64,000 nucleotides of DNA from Bacteroidota bacterium (GTDB lineage: Bacteria > Bacteroidota > Bacteroidia > Bacteroidales > FEN-979): contig JBAXLI010000003.1 in the NCBI GenBank assembly GCA_037134895.1, forward strand, positions 43,937 to 107,936. Reading direction: 5' to 3'. Below the pieces are notes generated by a model. It was not told the DNA's origin and ran no database searches. It was given only the letters and a program-made list of their open reading frames with translations. Made by a program: the position numbers and the translations under genes. Position 1 is the stretch's first letter. The number at the start of each line of letters is the position of its first letter. Below are positions 57,169-64,000 of the stretch, in pieces.

Positions 57169-57667
57169 TCCTGGTAAAAAGAAGTATTATCGATGATTAT
57201 TGAATTAATTTTGTCAAACAAGGTGGGTCACTTTTAATGCAATTTAGTGGGTCAAAATTAATGCAAGGTGACACTATCATCGCATTCCTGAGTTTTTAAA
57301 GGGGTTTGACGTTGGAATGGTGCCGTTTAAAACTGATGAAGTAAGCAGAACCATTTTTCCTCTGAAATTGTATGAGTACCTTGGAGCCGGATTACCAGTG
57401 GTCAGCACCAATTTTAATCCGGATATTTTAGAAAAAACCAAGGATGTGGTTTTCCTTGCCGATACTCCTGAACTTTTTGCAGATGCAATTGTTCAGGCCT
57501 TACAATCGAACACTGAGAAAAACATTCAAAAAAGACTTGAAATTGCCCGTAATAATACCTGGGAACAAAGGATAGAAGAATTTTCTGATATTATTGAATC
57601 ATTGCATAAATGAAATGAAGTGCCTTTTACTGGCGCCTTATCGTATTCCTGACATCATGTTAAGATT

Positions 57668-58306
57668 ATGCCTATAATAAAGAAATCATTTGTCAAAGGG
57701 GTTATAGAGAGGCATCAATACCTGAGAGATATTGGTCAGCAGATAATTTACAATCAGGGAGGATTGACCCCGAGATGGTGGGTAAGAAATATCCTGAATC
57801 GTTTCTTTCATAAAATTGGTAAAAAGACGAAGATCAGAAAACGTCTTTCGAGGCATGATCTCTATCCCTGGCATAAATTTGTAATAGGAGATCACTCGAC
57901 CATTGAGTGTTTTACAGTTCTAAATAATGGTGCAGGAGATCTGATCATTGGCAAGGACGTCCTTATTGGGATTGGAAGCATTATCGTTGGTCCTGTGACA
58001 ATAGGCGATCATTCAGGAACAGGTCAGCATGTTTTTATATCGGGATTTAATCATAGTTATGATGATCCAGCTATAGAAACACGCTTACAACCCCTTGATA
58101 AAAAGCCAGTTGTATTGGGGATTGATGTTCATATCGGTTCCAATTCTGTAGTACTTTCTGGCGTCACAATCGGAGATAAAACACAAATAGGAGCTGGAAG
58201 CGTTGTTACCAAAGACATACCATCGTATTGCGTCGCTGCGGGTAATCCGGCAAAAATCCTAAAGAAATACAACTTTGAAACAAGGCTTTGGGAGCCTGCC
58301 TGCTGA
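57668..58306 (+). CDS. Hexapeptide-repeat (LbH) O-acyltransferase
   Basis: IGxxxx repeats, FNHSY His, IGAGSVVTKDIP..VAAGNPAK. Confidence 0.9.
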   Translation: MPIIKKSFVKGVIERHQYLRDIGQQIIYNQGGLTPRWWVRNILNRFFHKIGKKTKIRKRLSRHDLYPWHKFVIGDHSTIECFTVLNNGAGDLIIGKDVLIGIGSIIVGPVTIGDHSGTGQHVFISGFNHSYDDPAIETRLQPLDKKPVVLGIDVHIGSNSVVLSGVTIGDKTQIGAGSVVTKDIPSYCVAAGNPAKILKKYNFETRLWEPAC

Positions 58307-58369
58307 ACCGAATATTCACTGTCGCTCATCTTGTGCTTATTGTTTGTTGGAATTGCATTAGCTTTAAGT

Positions 58370-58377
58370 TATATTTG
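58370..58377 (+). promoter_or_regulatory. Candidate -7 promoter box
   Basis: TATATTTG with GTTG 20 nt upstream (58346-58349), before ATG 58410. Confidence 0.45.
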
Positions 58378-58409
58378 CAAGTCTTCGGTTTTAATGAAAA
58401 TTCATCGGT

Positions 58410-59615
58410 ATGGCTAAAGAGATTCTGATATCAATTGCTCAGATCATTCAGATCCTTATTTTTACTTATCTGGCGTTATCAACACTTTACTTTTTAGTAT
58501 TTTCTATTGCTGGATTGTTCACTCATCGTATCCCTCCCTGTTCTGAAAATACCTTCAACAGATTCATAGTGTTGATTCCCGGCTATAAGGAGGATTTAGT
58601 GATTGTTGATGTTGCAGAGCATGCGCTAGGGCAGGATTATCCTCGTGACCGATATGATGTTGCTGTTATCGCCGATTCATTTCAGCCTGAAACACTTAAA
58701 AGTTTAAAAAAACTTCCGATTAAAGTGATCGAGGTAATCTTTGAAAAGAGTTCAAAATCCAGAGCGCTGAATAAAGCCATGTCGCTGCTTCCCGATGTGT
58801 ATGATGCGGTAGTGATCCTCGATGCCGATAATTTGATGGCAAATGACTGCCTTGTTAAAATGAATGAAGCCCTAAACCGTGGCTTTGATGGTGTACAGGG
58901 GCACAGAACTTCAAAAAACCGCAATACGGACTTTGCTATCCTTGACTCGGTAAGTGAGGAGATCAATAACCAAATTTTCCGTAAAGGTCATCGAGTGCTT
59001 GGACTTTCCTCTGCACTGATTGGCTCAGGAATGGCATTCCATTATCAGCTTTATAAGCAATATATGTCAGACATTGACTCAACTGGTGAAGATAGAGAAC
59101 TGGAAATTAAATTGTTCAGCGATGGAAAAAAAATAGAATATCTAGATGATGCTTACATTTTTGATGAGAAAGTTCAAAAATCGAAGGTTTTCATGGTTCA
59201 AAGAACCAGATGGCTTGCAAACCAGTTTATTTATGCAAAAAGATATTTTTTTTGGAGTATCAAACAACTAATTCTAAAGGGGAATATAACTCTTTTTGAC
59301 AAAGTAATTCAGCAGCTTCTTCCTCCAAGGATTTTTCTGCTTGGCTTTTTGTTTATCATTTTATTTGTTTCTATACTATTTAATCCATTTAGATATACCT
59401 TCGCATGGATCTCACTAACCGTCCTTTGCGTCATCACCCTTGTTATTTCAACACCAAGAAAGTATTACACCTTTTCTACATTAAAAGCAACTCTTCTTCT
59501 TCCAAAAGGCTTTATATTTATGTTTTATTCATTAATAAGGATATTTAAAACAAATAAAAGTTGGGGCCATACAATGCATAGTTTTAATAAAACAAATGAT
59601 CTGAAAAAAAATTAA
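58410..59615 (+). CDS. Membrane GT2 glycosyltransferase (CESA/IcaA-like), copy 1
   Basis: IPGYKED, ILDADN, ALIGSGM, GED, QRTRW (QxxRW); flanking TMs. Confidence 0.9.
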   Translation: MAKEILISIAQIIQILIFTYLALSTLYFLVFSIAGLFTHRIPPCSENTFNRFIVLIPGYKEDLVIVDVAEHALGQDYPRDRYDVAVIADSFQPETLKSLKKLPIKVIEVIFEKSSKSRALNKAMSLLPDVYDAVVILDADNLMANDCLVKMNEALNRGFDGVQGHRTSKNRNTDFAILDSVSEEINNQIFRKGHRVLGLSSALIGSGMAFHYQLYKQYMSDIDSTGEDRELEIKLFSDGKKIEYLDDAYIFDEKVQKSKVFMVQRTRWLANQFIYAKRYFFWSIKQLILKGNITLFDKVIQQLLPPRIFLLGFLFIILFVSILFNPFRYTFAWISLTVLCVITLVISTPRKYYTFSTLKATLLLPKGFIFMFYSLIRIFKTNKSWGHTMHSFNKTNDLKKN

Positions 59616-59620
59616 TAAAT

Positions 59621-60808
59621 ATGCAGCTAATACGTCATGTTGTCGGAATAATTGAAATTGTAATTTTCATTTATTTGGCTTTAAACGTGTTGTACATTCT
59701 TGTATTTGCAATTGCCGGCGTATTAAGGGATAAAAAAAGCAATTGGTGTTTCACAAGGTTTCGTCATATTACACTCCTGATTACAGCATACAAAGAAGAC
59801 TTTATTATTGAATCTATTATAAAATCAGCCCTCCAACAGGATTACCCTTCAGAAAACATTGAGATTATTTTGATTGCTGATTCCTTCACTTCTCAAACAA
59901 TTGAATCTTTAAAAGCTTATCAAATAAAATTGGTAATTGCTAAATTAAATGAAAGCACCAAGGTTTATTCAATGCAATTAGCTTTAAAATACTTATCTAC
60001 TAAAACTGATTTTGTTGTCGTTCTTGATGCAGATAATGTAATGGAAAAAGGCTTCCTAAGAAAATTAAACCTTTCATTTGCATCAGGCTTTAGGGTTTTT
60101 CAATGCCACCGGACTGCAAAAAACACAAATAGTTCATTTGCCCTTTTAGATGCAATCAGTGAGGAAGTAAATAATAATATTTTTCGTGAAGGTCAAAGGG
60201 CTCTTGGATTATCGGCTGCATTGATAGGTTCTGCGATTGCATTTGAGATTGATATTTACAATCAATTTATTCCTAATCTTAAGGCAATTGGTGGATTTGA
60301 TAAAGAACTTGAGTTGGAACTTATGAAATCACAAATAAAAATTGAATATCTTAGCGATGCATATGTGTATGACGAAAAAGTTGCTGATTCTCAGGCCTTT
60401 TATAACCAACGCCGAAGATGGATTTCTGCCCAGCTTTTTTATTTAGGGAAAAGTATATTATCAAGTCTTTCTTCACTTTTCTTTCATGGGAATGTCGAAT
60501 TGTTTAATAAAACACTGCAATTCTCTCTGTTTCCAAGAGCTATGTTACTGGGAACATTAATCACCATGAACTTCATTCATCTCTTTTTTGAACCCACTAC
60601 TTTTTCATTTCTTTGGCTTTTAATGCTTATTTTATGTTCAATTGCAATACTAATATCAATTCCCCTACATTTTTATACAAAGCAAACAATGAAAGCGATA
60701 CTTTCATTACCTGTTGCTTTCCTCCTGATGGTATTGATATTATTCAGGTTAAAAAAAGCCAATAAAAAATTCATACACACCGAGCATCATTATAAATCAT
60801 ATTTATAA
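59621..60808 (+). CDS. Membrane GT2 glycosyltransferase, copy 2
   Basis: ITAYKED, VLDADN, ALIGSA, GFD, QRRRW; paralogue of the upstream gene. Confidence 0.9.
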   Translation: MQLIRHVVGIIEIVIFIYLALNVLYILVFAIAGVLRDKKSNWCFTRFRHITLLITAYKEDFIIESIIKSALQQDYPSENIEIILIADSFTSQTIESLKAYQIKLVIAKLNESTKVYSMQLALKYLSTKTDFVVVLDADNVMEKGFLRKLNLSFASGFRVFQCHRTAKNTNSSFALLDAISEEVNNNIFREGQRALGLSAALIGSAIAFEIDIYNQFIPNLKAIGGFDKELELELMKSQIKIEYLSDAYVYDEKVADSQAFYNQRRRWISAQLFYLGKSILSSLSSLFFHGNVELFNKTLQFSLFPRAMLLGTLITMNFIHLFFEPTTFSFLWLLMLILCSIAILISIPLHFYTKQTMKAILSLPVAFLLMVLILFRLKKANKKFIHTEHHYKSYL

Positions 60809-60816
60809 ATCAAAAT

Positions 60817-61956
60817 ATGAGAATAGGTATTGAAGGACAGCGTCTTTTCCGGAAAAAGAAACATGGAATGGACATAGTAACACTTGAACTTGTTAGGAAT
60901 CTAATGGAAATCGATAATGTAAATGAATACAGTATTTTCATTAAAAAGGACGAAAGTCCGTGTCTTGAATCCTTTAGAAACTTCAATGTTGTTGTTCTTG
61001 AGAAACGAAAATACCCGATATGGGAGCAAATGATGCTACCGGCAGCAGTCAGAAAAGCAGGTTGCGAAATTTTGCATTGTACTGCAAATACAGCACCTTA
61101 CTATGTATCCTTACCACTTGTTCTTACTCTCCATGATATCATTTATATGGAAAATCTAAGTCTTTTCAGAAAAGGGTTTTCTAAATACCAGAAATTCGGA
61201 AATATTTACAGGAGAATGGTCGTACCAAGTGCTGTAAGAAAATGTAAGAAAATAATAACTGTTTCGGAATTTGAGAAACAAAGGATTTCTTCTTTTTTTA
61301 AAATTGACGATTCCAGGATTACTACAATTTATAATGGGGTTAGTTCTCACTTTAGACCCATAACAAACCCTGATGTGCTATCAAGGCTTAAATTTCAATA
61401 TAAACTTCCTGAAAGATTTGTCTTTTTCCTTGGGAACACGGATCCCAAAAAAAATACTATTGGGGTTCTTAAAGCGCTCTCACTTTTCAATAAAAAATCG
61501 TCCGATAAATTACACCTTGTAATATTGGATTTTAATAAGGAAGCTCTGAGTAAACTTCTTGGTGAGGTCGGAGACGAAAGCCTTGTTGATTATATCACTT
61601 TAACAGGTTACATCCCCAATTCCGAATTGCCTGGAATCTACACTTTAAGTTCTGTTTTTCTATATCCGTCTTTAAGGGAAAGTTTTGGAATTCCTATCCT
61701 TGAGGCAATGGCCTGCGGTACCCCTGTTATAACCTCAAATACTTCCTCAATGCCTGAAATTGGAGGAAATGCTGCCCTTTTTGTTGATCCATTCAATCCT
61801 GAACAGATTAAAGATGCTATTCTTCGTCTATTTTCAAATATAGAGTTACGATCAAATCTTATTGCTTCTGGCTTTGAACAATCCAGAAAATTCACTTGGA
61901 GAACCATGGCAATGCACGTATTAGATGTATATAGTAAAATTTTGTTGAATAAATAA
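60817..61956 (+). CDS. GT4 glycosyltransferase, copy 1
   Basis: MRIGIEGQR, TLHD, PKKN, PSLRESFGIPILEAMACGTPV. Confidence 0.92.
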   Translation: MRIGIEGQRLFRKKKHGMDIVTLELVRNLMEIDNVNEYSIFIKKDESPCLESFRNFNVVVLEKRKYPIWEQMMLPAAVRKAGCEILHCTANTAPYYVSLPLVLTLHDIIYMENLSLFRKGFSKYQKFGNIYRRMVVPSAVRKCKKIITVSEFEKQRISSFFKIDDSRITTIYNGVSSHFRPITNPDVLSRLKFQYKLPERFVFFLGNTDPKKNTIGVLKALSLFNKKSSDKLHLVILDFNKEALSKLLGEVGDESLVDYITLTGYIPNSELPGIYTLSSVFLYPSLRESFGIPILEAMACGTPVITSNTSSMPEIGGNAALFVDPFNPEQIKDAILRLFSNIELRSNLIASGFEQSRKFTWRTMAMHVLDVYSKILLNK

Positions 61957-61965
61957 AATGTAATT

Positions 61966-63105
61966 ATGCGAATCGGTATTGAAGGTCAGCGGCTATTTAG
62001 GAGGAAAAAACATGGGATGGATATGGTTGCATTGGAACTGGTAAAAAACCTCATGAAAATTGATTATGAAAACGAATATTATATTTTCGTTAAAAAAGAT
62101 GAAAATCCATGTCTCGAATCAATTAGAAACTTTAACATCGTTGAACTTGAAAGCAAATCTTATCCTATATGGGAACAGAAGAGCCTGCCAATCGCAGCTA
62201 AGAAAGCAGGCTGCGAGATTCTGCATTGCACCAGCAATACTGCCCCCATATATACTTCTATCCCGCTTGTCGTAACACTTCATGATATAATTTATATGGA
62301 AAGCCTAAGCCTTTTCAAGAAAGGGTTTTCCAATTATCAGAAATTTGGTAATATCTACAGGAGAATGGTTATACCTCGCGTGGCAAAAAAATGTATAAAA
62401 CTAATTACAGTTTCAGAATATTCAAAGAATCGCATTTCGACATTTTTTCACATTGATGATTCCAGGATTAAAGCGATTTATAATGGGGTGAGTCCACATT
62501 TCCATCCAACTACCAATAACGAAATCATCAGCAACATAAAACTAAGTTATAAACTTCCAGAGAAATTTGTCCTTTTCTTAGGTAACACGGATCCCAAAAA
62601 AAATACCATTGGTGTATTGCGTGCGATCTCGATTTTCAACAAAACTTCGGAAGATAAAATTCACTTGGTGATGCTTGACTTTGAGAAAGAAGCCTTGATT
62701 AATCTTATTGATAAGGTTAGGGATAAAGATCTAATTAATTATATCACTCTTCCGGGCTATGTTAATTACTCTGATTTACCGGGAATATATTCGATGAGTT
62801 CAATATTTCTTTATCCTTCATTAACAGAAGGATTTGGTATTCCAATTCTGGAAGCCATGGCCTGTGGAACACCTGTCATTACATCAAATACTTCGTCAAT
62901 GCCTGAAATTGGTGGGAATGCCGCCATTTTTATTGATCCTTATAAACCTGAACAAATTGCCGATGCGATCGCATTGCTGCTGTCGGATCCCGAAAAATGT
63001 AAACAGTTGGTAACACTGGGATTTGAACAATCGAAGAAATTTACCTGGAGAAATATGGCAACCGAGGTACTGGATGTTTACACTGAAATTCTTTCAAACA
63101 AATAA
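61966..63105 (+). CDS. GT4 glycosyltransferase, copy 2
   Basis: Same 379-aa length, highly similar to the upstream gene; PSLTEGFGIPILEAMACGTPV. Confidence 0.92.
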   Translation: MRIGIEGQRLFRRKKHGMDMVALELVKNLMKIDYENEYYIFVKKDENPCLESIRNFNIVELESKSYPIWEQKSLPIAAKKAGCEILHCTSNTAPIYTSIPLVVTLHDIIYMESLSLFKKGFSNYQKFGNIYRRMVIPRVAKKCIKLITVSEYSKNRISTFFHIDDSRIKAIYNGVSPHFHPTTNNEIISNIKLSYKLPEKFVLFLGNTDPKKNTIGVLRAISIFNKTSEDKIHLVMLDFEKEALINLIDKVRDKDLINYITLPGYVNYSDLPGIYSMSSIFLYPSLTEGFGIPILEAMACGTPVITSNTSSMPEIGGNAAIFIDPYKPEQIADAIALLLSDPEKCKQLVTLGFEQSKKFTWRNMATEVLDVYTEILSNK

Positions 63106-63116
63106 ATAATCAATAT

Positions 63117-64000
63117 ATGCCAAAGAAAAGAGATTTTATAGTTCACAGCCTGCAATCCTGGATTGCTTTTTTTGGAACCACGGTTTCAAAATACATAACG
63201 CTGGAACTCTGCAAAACTAATCGTGTTATCTTCCTTGACACTCCCCTACCAAGAAATTACCAGCTTTTCAAGCGAGATGCAGCTGAAACAAAAAAATACT
63301 CCAAGATTTTCAGCGGACAGGAACCTGAACTGGAACAAATCAACGAGAATCTCTGGATCATGCACCCCAGTACTGTACTGGAATCGATAAACTGGATTTC
63401 AAATCCGGGAATCCATGACTGGTTCGGTAAAATGAACGACAGGCGCTATGCTAAAAAAGCGCAGGAAGCCATCGACAAACTGCACTTTAAGGATTTTATC
63501 ATCCTGAATGATAATTCCATGATCAGCGGGATAAACTTCAAAGAATTGCTGAAGCCTGCTGTTTCAATATACTTTCTTAGAGACCATGTCACTAAGGTTG
63601 CCTATCATGCAACTCACGGAGCCAGGCAGGAACCCGAAATGATTAAAAGGTCTGACATCGTGGTAACCAACTCACCATACTTTACCGATTATGCAAAAAA
63701 ATTCAACCCTAATTCATACTTCATAGGCCAGGGAGTTGACATTGATCTGTATAATGATGATAAAGGAACGCTTAGCGTACCTGATGAACTGAAAAATATT
63801 CCTCATCCGCGGATAGGATATACTGGCAACATCGTCACCTTAAGACTTGACCTTGACCTCCTGGTTTATATTGCCGAACAGCGTCCTGATTGGAGCCTGG
63901 TATTGGTTGGTCCCGAAGATGAGGCATTTAAAAACAGCAAGCTCCACCAGATGAAAAATGTTTATTTCCTTGGCGGAAGACCGGGTACCGAATTGCCGGG
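63117..64000 (+). CDS. GT-B glycosyltransferase (TuaH-like), 3'-truncated by window edge
   Basis: ATG 63117, MPKKRDFIVHSLQSW..., GQGVD, PRIGYTG...RLD...RPDWSLVLVGPED; open to the end; related to the IS-split gene. Confidence 0.85.
   Translation, partial: MPKKRDFIVHSLQSWIAFFGTTVSKYITLELCKTNRVIFLDTPLPRNYQLFKRDAAETKKYSKIFSGQEPELEQINENLWIMHPSTVLESINWISNPGIHDWFGKMNDRRYAKKAQEAIDKLHFKDFIILNDNSMISGINFKELLKPAVSIYFLRDHVTKVAYHATHGARQEPEMIKRSDIVVTNSPYFTDYAKKFNPNSYFIGQGVDIDLYNDDKGTLSVPDELKNIPHPRIGYTGNIVTLRLDLDLLVYIAEQRPDWSLVLVGPEDEAFKNSKLHQMKNVYFLGGRPGTELP

Larger units (their letters stand above)
54774..57273 (+). mobile_element. Complete IS21-family insertion sequence (2500 bp), 6-bp target-site duplication CTATCA
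   Basis: Ends TGTCA...TGACA. Imperfect terminal IRs with doubled TTGCA..TGACCCA units; CTATCA at 54768-54773 and 57274-57279; encodes IstA and IstB. Confidence 0.96.
53926..57613 (+). pseudogene. GT-B glycosyltransferase (GT4/TuaH-like) split by IS21 insertion (5' part 53926-54773, 3' part 57280-57613)
   Basis: Removing the IS and one CTATCA copy restores ...KQQPYH-RIPEFLKGFDVGMVPF...PLKLYEYLGAGLPVVST, giving 393 aa from the GTG. Confidence 0.92.

Overview
Bacteroidota (Bacteroidales-like) chromosomal window. Support: repeated TAnnTTTG sigma-A promoter boxes, a T9SS C-terminal domain, and the mutL-rhomboid-rhomboid-EEP gene order. There are three blocks. (1) 1-18.5 kb is the downstream arm of a flexirubin/aryl-polyene-type biosynthetic cluster: MMPL-acyltransferase-methyltransferase fusion, phytoene-desaturase-like oxidoreductase, C45 Ntn-hydrolase, ABC permease, BtrH-like protein, ACP and aryl-CoA ligase. 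It also carries a B12-radical SAM, an O-methyltransferase, a TonB receptor and a sulfotransferase. (2) 18.5-28.1 kb is housekeeping: amidohydrolase, DUF6580-like protein, GroES-like protein, mutL, two rhomboids, EEP protein, uvrB. (3) 28.2-64 kb is a large surface-polysaccharide locus that runs off the window. It opens with a single-domain response regulator, a priming sugar transferase (pseudo-receiver plus Cys4 insert), a half-length TolC-like protein and a LysM-containing Wzc-like protein, and no Wza is visible. Next come wzx/wzy-like genes, paired duplicate glycosyltransferases, a split CDP-3,6-dideoxyhexose pathway, an ACP-MBOAT-SGNH module and a 1700-aa T9SS-secreted deacetylase-like protein. 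The RfbH carries an apparent degenerate MazF/PemK-fold N-terminal domain. A complete 2500-bp IS21-family element with a 6-bp target duplication interrupts one glycosyltransferase. No rRNA, tRNA or CRISPR array was seen. All assignments come from motif recognition by eye; no searches were run.
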